This document shows positions 1 through 8,773 of a stretch of 64,000 bases of DNA, in pieces. The translations under genes and the position numbers were made by a program. Below the pieces are notes generated by a model. It did no database searches, was not told the origin of the DNA, and saw only the letters and a list, made by a program, of their open reading frames with translations. This DNA is from Candidatus Woesearchaeota archaeon (GTDB lineage: Archaea; Nanobdellota; Nanobdellia; Pacearchaeales; UBA284): positions 7,992 through 71,991 of the forward strand of contig CAYZTH010000001.1 in NCBI GenBank assembly GCA_964481435.1, written 5' to 3'. Positions within the stretch are counted from its first letter, which is position 1. Every line of letters begins with the position of its first letter.

Positions 1-402
1 GATGCGCAGGGTGCAGTAGTAGGCCGGCTTGCTAGTTTTGCAGCAAAGAAAGCACTGCAAGGAAACAAGATCATAGTTGTTAATGCAGAAAAAGCAAGGA
101 TTATCGGAAGAAAGAGCGTTATCCTAGATGATTATATTAAAAAAAGAGCTCTTGGAAAAGGTGTTCAAAAAGGTCCCCACTTTCCTTATAGGTCGGACAT
201 GATCCTAAGAAGAATGATTCGAGGTATGTTGCCATGGAAGAGAACAACGGGCAGAGAGAAGTTCAGAGAGATAAAATGTTTTATAAGCATCCCAGTCGAA
301 TATCAGAATAAGATGAAAGATGCAGTAAAGTTTGAGATAAAAAATGCTTTAAACTATCTTACGCTTGAAGAGCTATCAAAATTAATAAGATATAACGGGT
401 AA
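1..402 (+). CDS. rpl13: 50S ribosomal protein L13 (uL13), 5'-truncated at the window edge
   Basis: Frame 1 is open from nt 1; the C-terminal region RMIRGMLPWKRTTGREKF is typical of uL13, and the gene lies just upstream of S9 as in the archaeal L13-S9-RpoN cluster. Confidence 0.8.
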   Translation, partial: DAQGAVVGRLASFAAKKALQGNKIIVVNAEKARIIGRKSVILDDYIKKRALGKGVQKGPHFPYRSDMILRRMIRGMLPWKRTTGREKFREIKCFISIPVEYQNKMKDAVKFEIKNALNYLTLEELSKLIRYNG

Positions 403-513
403 AGGTATAATTAAATAAAATCAACTTTATAATAAATTAAAAACAAAATAAGGATTTTGGTGCCTAAGCACAAAGCATTGCAAAATCCAGTTACATAAAA
501 ACAATATATTAAC

Positions 514-957
514 ATGTCAAAAAAAACATCAAAGTTCATAGATAAAAAACAGAAGATTATCACCCTCTCCGGAAAAAGAAAAACCGCGATTGCTAAGGCA
601 ACAATTCAGGAAGGCGATGGAAAAATAACCATAAACAAAAAACTTATCACCTCCTTTAATTCATTTCAACAGCTTTCATTGAGAGAGCCCTTGGTTCTTG
701 CCGAAGAAATTCTCGGAGATTCCTTGAAATCAGTCAAAATAGAGGTAATTGTTCATGGCGGCGGTTCTGAGAGTCAGATTGAGGCAGCAAGATTAGCTTT
801 GGCTAGAGCCTTAGTCGCATGGTTCAAGGAAGCCAGTCTGAAAAACAAGTTCTTGAAATATGATAGGATGTTGCTTGTTGCAGATACTCGAAGAAAAGAG
901 ATGCGAAAGCCAAACGATTCCAAAGCACGAGCAGCTAGACAGAAATCATATAGGTAA
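514..957 (+). CDS. rps9: 30S ribosomal protein S9 (uS9)
   Basis: 147 aa; GKRKTAIA N-terminal motif and basic C-terminus ending RQKSYR, characteristic of uS9; conserved position after L13. Confidence 0.9.
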   Translation: MSKKTSKFIDKKQKIITLSGKRKTAIAKATIQEGDGKITINKKLITSFNSFQQLSLREPLVLAEEILGDSLKSVKIEVIVHGGGSESQIEAARLALARALVAWFKEASLKNKFLKYDRMLLVADTRRKEMRKPNDSKARAARQKSYR

Positions 958-1003
958 GATTCTTTTGAGTTAAATTTATATTTCTCAATTATCTTTATTT
1001 TCT

Positions 1004-1342
1004 ATGAAACCAAGGATAATTCATTCTTCAGATGTAAATGAAAAAGATTTAGGAAGAAAGAAGGTCAGAGATATTATCAACCAAAAAGACTGGCCATTCA
1101 GTATAGCGATTGTCAAGAAAACAGATAAGACAAAAATAGGATATGATAAAGAAAGCAACCTTGTTTACTATGTCCTTAAAGGAAAGGGTACAAGCATAAT
1201 TAATGGGCATAAATATAATGTCAAAGAAGGAGATTTTATTATTTCTCCAAAAGGAACAAAATACAAGAATTCTAAAGGCCTGACCTTGTTAGCAATTTCT
1301 TATCCAAGATTTGACCGAAAGAAAAGAGTATATGTAGATTAA
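1004..1342 (+). CDS. cupin-domain protein (function unknown)
   Basis: 112 aa; beta-rich cupin-like pattern (YYVLKGKG...GDFIISPKG); paralogous to the convergent ORF 1388-1675. Confidence 0.4.
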   Translation: MKPRIIHSSDVNEKDLGRKKVRDIINQKDWPFSIAIVKKTDKTKIGYDKESNLVYYVLKGKGTSIINGHKYNVKEGDFIISPKGTKYKNSKGLTLLAISYPRFDRKKRVYVD

Positions 1343-1387
1343 TCAAGAACCTTTGTTTCATCAAACTTGGGATCAAATGCGGGTACG

Positions 1388-1675
1388 TTAACTATGATGG
1401 CCTTGAAATTCATACTCCGTATTTTCAGATATGAAAACAACATCTCCTTTTTCAGCGACTATATCCCTATCTCCGTTTTTAATCTTCATCTTTCCTTTTA
1501 AAAGGTAATAGACTCGGTCGTTGTTCTTGCCCCGGGTTATTTCATGATGTTTCTTAGCATGCCCCTCAACCAAGCTTACATTCGGGGACAATTCTTTTGT
1601 CAGGAGATTATATACAGAATAATTTTTGGCGACCTGTCTTTTTATTGCCTCTTTATTCTTGATTAATTTTATCAT
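1388..1675 (-). CDS. cupin-domain protein (function unknown)
   Basis: 95 aa; YYLLKGKMKIKNGD...GDVVFISENTEYEF resembles the neighbouring cupin. Confidence 0.4.
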   Translation of the reverse strand: MIKLIKNKEAIKRQVAKNYSVYNLLTKELSPNVSLVEGHAKKHHEITRGKNNDRVYYLLKGKMKIKNGDRDIVAEKGDVVFISENTEYEFQGHHS

Positions 1676-1704
1676 CTGTCAAAAGAAGATTTAAACTTAT
1701 AAAT

Positions 1705-2928
1705 TTATTCATATCTCAGTGCATCAACTGGCTTTAGTTTAGATGCCTGAAGGGCCGGTAAGGCTCCTGAAGCGCATCCTACGCCGAATGAGAACACTAA
1801 GGCCCCAACAATGAGATACCAGGGGAAGTAAGCTTTCAAGAGATTAGTTCCCAGTGCCTGTCCTGCGAAGAATGAAGCACCTAGACCGAGTAAAACTCCT
1901 AGAACGACCCCAATTACTCCTCCAATTAGGCCAAGTACGCCCGATTCAATCAAAAATAAAGTCAAAATATTTGCGTTTCTGGCACCGACCGCTTTCATAA
2001 TTCCTATCTCCCTAGTCCTCTCTAAAACCGCAGTATACATGGTATTCATTATACCAATCCCTCCGACAACCAAAGAGATAGCGGCAATGCCAATGAAAAC
2101 GGCCTGAATAATCCCAAATATGCTATTGAAGCTCTGCAATAACTGTTCAGAAGTCTGGACTCTGAAATCCTCTTCACCTTCTTTTAATCCTCGGTCTTTT
2201 CTTAATCTTGTTTTGATTTCTTCGGCGACTTTGTTGACATCTTCCCCCTCTTTTATTTGAATAGTGAGCATATCATATTGGTTGTTTATTCCCAATATCT
2301 CTTGAGCAGTTTCCAAGGGCAAAATGACTGTGCCATCGTCATAGGGATTTCCTATTTTTTCCAGAATTCCGACAATAATTACCTCGGTTTGATTCTTCCC
2401 AATCTTTATTTTATCTCCAACTTTAAGCGGTCTTTTAAAATCTTTTAAATTTGCAAGCCCCACACCAATAACGGCCTTGTATTTATCGCCCTGCTTTAAA
2501 TTTCTTCCAACAGCTATTTTATAGTTTTGCGCTTCATCTATTAGGTCTTGAGTTTCAAAAGAAAAACCAGTGACATACTGATATGTCAAGACATCACCAT
2601 TTTTCACTTGATCGATTTTGAAAATAGCGCCTCCCACTCTTTTAACCCCATTAACGCCTTGAATAATTTTTATATCATGATCCGTCAGTTTAGAAGTTCC
2701 AGAACTTGTTCCAGGAGCTCCCATCGCAACAGCCCCTGGCTGGATGAATATTTTATCCTTTCCAAGCTGCGAGAACTGTTGGGTTACAGCGACCTGCAAT
2801 CCCTGCCCAATTGATATAAGGGCAACAACGGCGGCAATTCCTATGAATATACCGAGCATGGTGAGCCAGCTCCTCATTCTCCTCCTTTTTATATTCTTAA
2901 ATCCTAATTTGAAATAATCTAGAATCAT
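1705..2928 (-). CDS. ABC transporter permease, MacB/FtsX-like
   Basis: 407 aa; N-terminal TM, large extracytoplasmic domain, then 3 C-terminal TM helices; typical FtsX/MacB permease architecture; in operon with the ATPase at 4266-4937. Confidence 0.75.
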   Translation of the reverse strand: MILDYFKLGFKNIKRRRMRSWLTMLGIFIGIAAVVALISIGQGLQVAVTQQFSQLGKDKIFIQPGAVAMGAPGTSSGTSKLTDHDIKIIQGVNGVKRVGGAIFKIDQVKNGDVLTYQYVTGFSFETQDLIDEAQNYKIAVGRNLKQGDKYKAVIGVGLANLKDFKRPLKVGDKIKIGKNQTEVIIVGILEKIGNPYDDGTVILPLETAQEILGINNQYDMLTIQIKEGEDVNKVAEEIKTRLRKDRGLKEGEEDFRVQTSEQLLQSFNSIFGIIQAVFIGIAAISLVVGGIGIMNTMYTAVLERTREIGIMKAVGARNANILTLFLIESGVLGLIGGVIGVVLGVLLGLGASFFAGQALGTNLLKAYFPWYLIVGALVFSFGVGCASGALPALQASKLKPVDALRYE

Positions 2929-2929
2929 T

Positions 2930-4123
2930 TTATCCTTGTTGTAGCAACTTTTTCTTCTTATTTTTTCTTCTCACTATGAAGAAAACAATAACTGCAATTA
3001 TAACAAGGATAATTATCACCCAGAGCCAAGGGAACGTTGGAATCAGACCGAGTCTTTGGGCTTCCTGAACGCTATGCGCTTGGACATTTAGGGTCTTAAC
3101 TTCGGAATATTTTTTATTATTTGAATCTCTGTACTCTAAGCTGACTTGGATAAAGGTATTTTTTTGTTTTGGGACAATTGTGAACTCAATAGAGCCATAA
3201 TCATCTGATTCGATGGTCCCGATATAGCCTGAATTTGACGTCTCTATAGTATACTCTCCGGGCAAGAGTTTTGCCTCAACAAAACTGACTTTTCCAAGCC
3301 CCTTATTTAGAACCTTGATATCGAGTTTGCTCGGCATGTTCATTATTAGAGTATCTTTGTCAACTGCAATGTCCAGGATTGGTTTTTCATAAATCTCAAT
3401 TGATACAAAATCCTGCCTGCTGTACTCTTTTCCGAAAGTGTCAAAATAAGTTATCTGAACTGGAACTTTGTATACGCTGATTGTGGCACTTGATAAGGCA
3501 ATCAAATTGAATTGCACATTCTGCGTGTCTCTATTGCTTAAAGAAGTAATTGCTTGTTCTGTAACGCTTTCTGGAGCAAAAGGCGAGTTGCTAAGGTCCA
3601 GTCTAACAGTTATCTCTCGTATTTCAGATCCGGCATTATTTTGTAGGGTCATTATTAGATTTATTCTTTCACCCGGGGCAACACTGCCGGGGTTGCTCTT
3701 GACATCGCTGATTTCTAGATAAACTTGGTTAGGGGCAATTTGAATATCAAAATCTTCAGAATATGAATTTCCATTTATTTTATAGTCGAGGGTGATTTCT
3801 TCTTTTCCAGCTTCTGCATCATCTTGAACATAAACATTATAACTTAGTGTTTTGGTCTCTCCTGCTTGCAAAGAGATAGTCTTTTCAGCAGCAGATCTAA
3901 GATCTAAGGGGTCGTTCACATCCAAGGTGAATTTGATATCGGTAAGATTCGTGTTTCCGTTATTAGAAACATAAAAATTTAGGGTGACTTGTTCACCAGA
4001 ATGAATTGGAAAAGGATTTTGAGCGAAAGTGATATCTAGGGGAGTTGCCGAGGTAAATCCCAGAGCCAAGATACTGAATAAGGCAAATAAAAATACTGAA
4101 ATTATTAATGTTTTGTTTTTCAT
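2930..4123 (-). CDS. secreted, C-terminally membrane-anchored surface protein, sequon-rich; embedded in the ABC operon
   Basis: 397 aa; N-terminal signal peptide, C-terminal TM plus RRKNKKKK tail, many N-x-S/T sequons; start abuts the permease stop (2928/2930). Confidence 0.4.
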   Translation of the reverse strand: MKNKTLIISVFLFALFSILALGFTSATPLDITFAQNPFPIHSGEQVTLNFYVSNNGNTNLTDIKFTLDVNDPLDLRSAAEKTISLQAGETKTLSYNVYVQDDAEAGKEEITLDYKINGNSYSEDFDIQIAPNQVYLEISDVKSNPGSVAPGERINLIMTLQNNAGSEIREITVRLDLSNSPFAPESVTEQAITSLSNRDTQNVQFNLIALSSATISVYKVPVQITYFDTFGKEYSRQDFVSIEIYEKPILDIAVDKDTLIMNMPSKLDIKVLNKGLGKVSFVEAKLLPGEYTIETSNSGYIGTIESDDYGSIEFTIVPKQKNTFIQVSLEYRDSNNKKYSEVKTLNVQAHSVQEAQRLGLIPTFPWLWVIIILVIIAVIVFFIVRRKNKKKKLLQQG

Positions 4124-4265
4124 TTTTGTAACTATTATATAATGACTTTCTTATCTTTTAAAGGTTTCTGTTGTGGCTAGCTGCGCCTGTACCCCTTATA
4201 AGCAGCCCCCGGACAAATGTCCGCAGTAATTACTGTCGCAGCAGTTTTTTCTAGTTTATTGAGCG

Positions 4266-4937
4266 TCATTTTATTTTTCCATCAACGATATGGATAATCT
4301 TCTTTGCGTGCTTTGCTACATGCATATCATGGGTGACCATAATAATGGTTTTTCCTTTTTTATTTAAATCCTTTAGCAGATTGATTATATCTTCACCAGT
4401 ATGGCTATCTAAGTTTCCCGTAGGTTCGTCTGCCAAGATGACATCTGGATCATTAGCTAGTGCTCGGGCAATAGCGACTCTTTGCTGCTGTCCGCCAGAA
4501 AGTTCTCCGGGCTTGTGATCCACCCTATCACCCAAGCCCATTTGGGTCAAGAGTTCAACAGCTCTCTTTTCTCTTTGTTCTGCAGAAGTATCCTGGAACA
4601 TCATGGGCAGCATCACATTTTCTTTAGCATTTAGTGTTCCTATTAAATTGAATTGTTGGAATATGAAACCAATCTTCTTTCCACGAATCTGAGCTAAATC
4701 AGATTCAGAAAGATGTGCAATATTCCTGTGCTCTAAAAAGATATCTCCTTCGTTTGGAATATCCAATACTCCAACAAGGTTCATCAGGGTTGATTTTCCC
4801 GAACCAGATGGCCCCATTATTGCGATGAAGTCCCCTTTATTTATGTTTAAAGATGCATGGCAGACTGCGCTGACTTTTTCTTCTCCAAGTTTATAAGTTT
4901 TGCAGACATTATTCAATGTCAATATTTTTTCGGTCAT
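4266..4937 (-). CDS. ABC transporter ATP-binding protein (MacB/LolD-like)
   Basis: Walker A GPSGSGKST, ABC signature LSGGQQQRVAIARAL, Walker B ILADEPTGNLD, H-loop VTHD. Confidence 0.9.
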   Translation of the reverse strand: MTEKILTLNNVCKTYKLGEEKVSAVCHASLNINKGDFIAIMGPSGSGKSTLMNLVGVLDIPNEGDIFLEHRNIAHLSESDLAQIRGKKIGFIFQQFNLIGTLNAKENVMLPMMFQDTSAEQREKRAVELLTQMGLGDRVDHKPGELSGGQQQRVAIARALANDPDVILADEPTGNLDSHTGEDIINLLKDLNKKGKTIIMVTHDMHVAKHAKKIIHIVDGKIK

Positions 4938-5069
4938 TTTTATTAATTCTCTTGTTATTAAACGAATCTTTAATTAAACTTTATCCCAGAACAAGGCTCT
5001 GAGGTACCAACACCTCTTTTATTTTAAGATTCCTCCTTTAAAAAACTTATCTATTCTAATCTTCTTGGT

Positions 5070-5669
5070 TTATTGTGTAGAATGGTCAATTAATATATCA
5101 AATTGCTGTTCTTTGTCAAGGGTTATGCAGCAAGCACATCCCTTATCATCAAAACTATTGCAATAAAAGTCATTGTTTTCCTTTGAATCCTTGGCAAAAA
5201 TACTATATGTGCCCGGTTCTAGGATGATTTTATAGTATCCATTAATATCGTCTGCATTTGAAACAGCCATCTTGATTGGCCCAATGACTGGCCTATAGTA
5301 ATTATTAATGACTTGATTGATATTTGTTTTTGGGAAAACAGCTATTTGTGTGATAATTCTGCTTTTAGTGCACATGCTTATATTAACCGGGGGCATGCAA
5401 TTTCCTTCTTTCATATCAACATAGCCCTGGAGCAGGTACTGTATCTGGTCTGTTTTTTTGCAACAAACGCCCATCCCGCAGCCAAGGTCGACTTCAGCAT
5501 AACCTGCCGAGCAGGAATCATGGCAGGAGTAGTTATTCAGTATGCAGGGGCTTTCTTCATTTATTTTCTTTAAAGAATTATTTGTAAAAGCAAATATAAG
5601 GATTATAATTGCGATAACTATCAAGAAAACAACTCCTGCCCAAATCCAAGACTTCTTTTTGTTATCCAT
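5070..5669 (-). CDS. Cys-rich membrane-anchored hypothetical protein
   Basis: 199 aa; single N-terminal TM (IWAGVVFLIVIAIIILIFAF), 17 Cys, several sequons. Confidence 0.3.
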   Translation of the reverse strand: MDNKKKSWIWAGVVFLIVIAIIILIFAFTNNSLKKINEESPCILNNYSCHDSCSAGYAEVDLGCGMGVCCKKTDQIQYLLQGYVDMKEGNCMPPVNISMCTKSRIITQIAVFPKTNINQVINNYYRPVIGPIKMAVSNADDINGYYKIILEPGTYSIFAKDSKENNDFYCNSFDDKGCACCITLDKEQQFDILIDHSTQ

Positions 5670-5766
5670 TTTTATACTCTTTTATTAATGATAAATAATC
5701 GGATTCAAATCTTAAAAATCTTTACATTATGCAAAGGTTTAAAAACATACACTGAAAAAGATTATT

Positions 5767-5964
5767 ATGATCATACCAATTCGTTGTCTATCCTGCGGTA
5801 AGCCAATAGCTCACCTCTGGGAAAAATACAAAGCAAAAGTAGCTAAGGGAGAAGATCCAAAGAAAGTTCTAGATGAGCTAGGTGTTCAGAGATACTGCTG
5901 CAGATCCATATTCCTTGGCCATGTTGACCTATTGGAGATGACAAGCAAGTTCAAGAAATTCTAG
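5767..5964 (+). CDS. rpoN: DNA-directed RNA polymerase subunit N (Rpo10/Rpb10 homolog)
   Basis: 65 aa; MIIPIRCLSCGKPI...RYCCR zinc-binding pattern diagnostic of RpoN/Rpb10. Confidence 0.85.
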   Translation: MIIPIRCLSCGKPIAHLWEKYKAKVAKGEDPKKVLDELGVQRYCCRSIFLGHVDLLEMTSKFKKF

Positions 5965-6143
5965 ATATTATTTTTTATTTATGGTTTTGTATTTAGATTA
6001 TACTCTAAGATTTTTTTAATAATAAGTTATCAAGAAAAAAACACGAAGACAACTTATATGTTTCCCAACAATAGCCAGTACAGCATATAACGCCAGGCGC
6101 TTAACTTCTGTGATCTGACGGGAACAGGTGTTTCCACCTAGCT

Positions 6144-7031
6144 ATGGTCGTCTTCATTATCAAGTGGTTTTATTCATTTTTAAACCTTACGATTTGGAAT
6201 AAAAAACTTTTTAAACCAGAGTTTTCTACTTATAGAATGGGTGGGACTAAAGGCAAAGAAAAAATTGCGGAACTCTGCGGGGCAGTAATGGGTGACGGAT
6301 GGATTGAGGAAAGAGAAAGGGGATTTTTTATAGCGGGAGATCCTTCAGAAGATGGAGAATATTATGACCGGCATTTCTTAAAATTGATAAATGGAGTTTT
6401 AGGAATAAATGCAAAAACAAAAAATTTTCCATATTGGCGCGTTTATGGAATTGCGCTGTATAAAAAAGAATTAATCAGGAAATTGTTAGGTTTTGGGTTA
6501 ACTAAAGGAAAAAAGGTTAAGTCTGCATACGTCCCAGAATGGATATTTAATTCAGATAAAAAAATTGCTTTCTCATTTCTTCGGGGCCTCTTTGATACAG
6601 ATGGTTGTATTTTTTGTCAGAAAGATTATACTAAATATGCCGATGAATTTAACTCAAAATATCATACTAAAATTAGGATAAGAATAGGCTGTATTTCTTC
6701 AAAACTAATAGATCAGATATTTATTTTATGCAAAAAATATGGGTTTAAAGCAGTAAGAAGAACAGTTAAAAGAGGATTTAGTTATCATAGGAATCGTTGT
6801 GACACCCACATTTTAGAAATAAATGAAATTAAAAGCATCGGTAATTGGTTTGATAATCTTAAACCTTCAAACCCCAAGCATGTAACAAAATATTTAATAT
6901 GGAAGAAATTTGGTTTTTGTCCTCCAAAAACCACCCTTAAACAAAGAAAGGATATACTTAAAAATACACTCAACCCCTATAAATTATACGCGGGAGTGTC
7001 GGAGCGGTCAAACGAGAAGCGCTCAAGCTAA
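6144..7031 (+). CDS. LAGLIDADG-family endonuclease, double-motif single chain; 3' end overlaps the tRNA-Leu 5' exon
   Basis: Two LAGLIDADG-like motifs, LCGAVMGDGWI and LRGLFDTDGCI, about 100 aa apart; C-terminal KPSNPKH tail shared with the paralog at 11149-12024. The true start may be the internal ATG near 6235. The TAA stop lies inside the tRNA intron. Confidence 0.6.
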   Translation: MVVFIIKWFYSFLNLTIWNKKLFKPEFSTYRMGGTKGKEKIAELCGAVMGDGWIEERERGFFIAGDPSEDGEYYDRHFLKLINGVLGINAKTKNFPYWRVYGIALYKKELIRKLLGFGLTKGKKVKSAYVPEWIFNSDKKIAFSFLRGLFDTDGCIFCQKDYTKYADEFNSKYHTKIRIRIGCISSKLIDQIFILCKKYGFKAVRRTVKRGFSYHRNRCDTHILEINEIKSIGNWFDNLKPSNPKHVTKYLIWKKFGFCPPKTTLKQRKDILKNTLNPYKLYAGVSERSNEKRSS

Positions 7032-7101
7032 GAGTTTTAAAAATTTTTACGAGAGACGCTTTGGCTTAGTGCCTGCGGAGGTTCGAATCCTCTCTCCCGC
7101 A
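6990..7101 (+). tRNA. tRNA-Leu(CAA), class II with long variable arm, ~28-nt intron after position 37
   Basis: Hand-folded: acceptor GCGGGAG/CTCCCGC, D-arm TCG...CGA, anticodon stem AAGCG/CGCTT, loop CUCAAG|A giving anticodon CAA, variable arm GGCTTAGTGCC, T-arm GGAGG-TTCGAAT-CCTCT, discriminator A, CCA not encoded. Confidence 0.8.
7028..7055 (+). other. tRNA-Leu intron (canonical 37/38 position, bulge-helix-bulge type presumed)
   Basis: 28 nt (CTAAGAGTTTTAAAAATTTTTACGAGAG) interrupts the anticodon loop between G37 and A38; exact boundaries may shift by 1-2 nt. Confidence 0.6.
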
Positions 7102-7114
7102 TTTTATTATTAAA

Positions 7115-7705
7115 ATGAAAATCACAAAAGAACAGTTCAAGAAAATAAAGGCATTTGCAAAGAAGCATCTTTCTAAAAATGATGATTGGCACAACCTTTT
7201 TCATGTAGAGCAAACAGTAAGACTTTCCATTTTTCTTGCAAAGAAAGAAAAAGCAGATGTTGACAAATGCGCAATTATTGCCTGGCTCCATGATATTAAG
7301 AAAAGAGCCAAAGAGGATGGAAGGGATCATGCAAAAGAAGGGGCAGAAAGAGCAAGGATTTTCCTTACCAAAATAGGTCTGTACAATGAAGATATAGATG
7401 ATATCTGTTATGCAGTATATGTTCATAATAAGGGAGTTAAAAAAAAGACAAAAGAAGCCCAGATAATTTATGATGCAGATAAACTTCAAGCAATTGGCCC
7501 CTATGGCATTTTAAGGGCGTACGGTCATTCAGTTATAAGGAAAAACAGCCAAGCACGCGCATATAGGGAATTTCAAAATGGACAAAAAATGTATATGAGG
7601 GGAATAAGCACAAAAACCGCTAAAAGGATCGCGAGAGAAAAATTTCAACTTATGAAAAAATTCAATAAGCACTATGAAGATATTCTGAATATAGGTAAAA
7701 AATGA
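7115..7705 (+). CDS. HD-domain phosphohydrolase
   Basis: H...HD...D metal-binding pattern (WHNLFHVEQT, AWLHDIKK, YDADKL); paralog at 59683-60345. Confidence 0.7.
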   Translation: MKITKEQFKKIKAFAKKHLSKNDDWHNLFHVEQTVRLSIFLAKKEKADVDKCAIIAWLHDIKKRAKEDGRDHAKEGAERARIFLTKIGLYNEDIDDICYAVYVHNKGVKKKTKEAQIIYDADKLQAIGPYGILRAYGHSVIRKNSQARAYREFQNGQKMYMRGISTKTAKRIAREKFQLMKKFNKHYEDILNIGKK

Positions 7706-8202
7706 AAAGACCCGATAGACAAGCAACACTCTGTGTTGTGATAGACCGGAATAAGAATAAGATTCTCCTTGCCATGAAGAAAAGAGGATTTGGTGTTGGC
7801 AAATATAATGGATTTGGCGGCAAGATCAAAGAGGGAGAAACAATTGAACAAGCCGCAGTCAGGGAATTTCAAGAGGAATCTGAATTAAAGACAGAATTAA
7901 AATATTTAAAAAAAGTTGCCGAAATGGATTTCTTTTTTCCGCATGAACCCCAATTTGACCAGACAATGCATGCTTTTCTTGTTGAAAAATGGGCCGGAGA
8001 GCCTCGAGAGACCGAAGAGATGGCGTTCAAGTGGTTTGACTTGGATAAAATTCCCTATACAGAGATGTGGGACGATGATAAATACTGGTTGCCAAGAGTT
8101 ATTGATGGAAAGATATTAAAGGCAAAGTTTGTTTTCAGATTAGAAGGAAACGAGCATATTAATGACCAGCAAGAAATAAAAGAGGTAGAATGTTTTGATT
8201 AA
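7702..8202 (+). CDS. NUDIX hydrolase (MutT/MTH1-like)
   Basis: Nudix box GGKIKEGETIEQAAVREFQEESEL (GX5EX7REUXEEXGU); 4-bp ATGA overlap with the HD gene. Confidence 0.8.
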   Translation: MKRPDRQATLCVVIDRNKNKILLAMKKRGFGVGKYNGFGGKIKEGETIEQAAVREFQEESELKTELKYLKKVAEMDFFFPHEPQFDQTMHAFLVEKWAGEPRETEEMAFKWFDLDKIPYTEMWDDDKYWLPRVIDGKILKAKFVFRLEGNEHINDQQEIKEVECFD

Positions 8203-8203
8203 A

Positions 8204-8704
8204 ATGAATAAACCTAGAAAAGTAAGGAGAGTAACGTCTCAAGAGCCGGGAACTGGGGCACAAAAATATCTTGTTGACACTTCGGTGATAGCGCAGAAAA
8301 AATTATACCCCCTTTTCAAAGATAAGATTAAAGGGGAGCTTCTGATTCCAAATGCGGTTATTGCTGAGCTTGAAAATTTAGCTAATCGCGGCCAGGATAT
8401 TGGTTTTGATGGATTAGAGGATATAGCCAAACTTCATCATCTTAAATCAAGAGTCAAGATAAGATTTCTTGGCGATAGGCCGACAGGACATCAGATTAAA
8501 TTTGCTAAGTCTGGCGAGATAGACGCTTTAATAAGAAATTTAGCAGTTCAAGAAAAAGCAGTCTTAATTACTGCCGATAAAGTCCAAGCAAAATCCGCCC
8601 AGGCATATGGCCTTAAAGTTTTCTTCATAAAAACAATCTTCAAGGAAGAAAAGAAAAAATTCTCCCTTTTTGGATTTAAGAAAAATAACAAAAAAAAGAA
8701 ATAA
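8204..8704 (+). CDS. PIN-domain protein (predicted nuclease)
   Basis: YLVDTSVIA N-terminal acidic motif and overall PIN-like pattern; the ORF track starts at TTG 8195, a likelier ATG is at 8204; Lys-rich tail. Confidence 0.4.
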   Translation: MNKPRKVRRVTSQEPGTGAQKYLVDTSVIAQKKLYPLFKDKIKGELLIPNAVIAELENLANRGQDIGFDGLEDIAKLHHLKSRVKIRFLGDRPTGHQIKFAKSGEIDALIRNLAVQEKAVLITADKVQAKSAQAYGLKVFFIKTIFKEEKKKFSLFGFKKNNKKKK

Positions 8705-8773
8705 GTTTATAAATCATTATTTAATTATCTCGTTATAAATTAATTTTTCAATTTATATTTGAAAAGAAGAGAA

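Noticed and set aside
2257-4518. Short plus-strand ORFs (2257-2448, 2548-2814, 3468-3722, 4333-4518) inside the ABC operon
   Set aside because: All are embedded antisense in well-supported genes and lack motifs.
5965-6143. Possible split-tRNA half or small RNA upstream of the first LAGLIDADG gene
   Set aside because: The moderately GC-richer stretch gccaggcgcttaacttctgtgatctgacgggaacaggtgtttccacc has an imperfect GGGAACA/TGTTTCC inverted repeat, but I could not fold a T-arm or acceptor stem and found no box C/D motifs. Most likely 5' UTR or promoter.
8195-8203. TTG, GTG or ATG ORF-track starts at 8195, 8759, 25914, 54783 and 44179
   Set aside because: Each has an in-frame ATG shortly downstream (8204, 8774, 25989, 54807, 44221) that removes overlap with the preceding gene and gives a conventional N-terminus. 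The upstream starts were treated as ORF-finder artifacts, except 25914, which is kept as uncertain.
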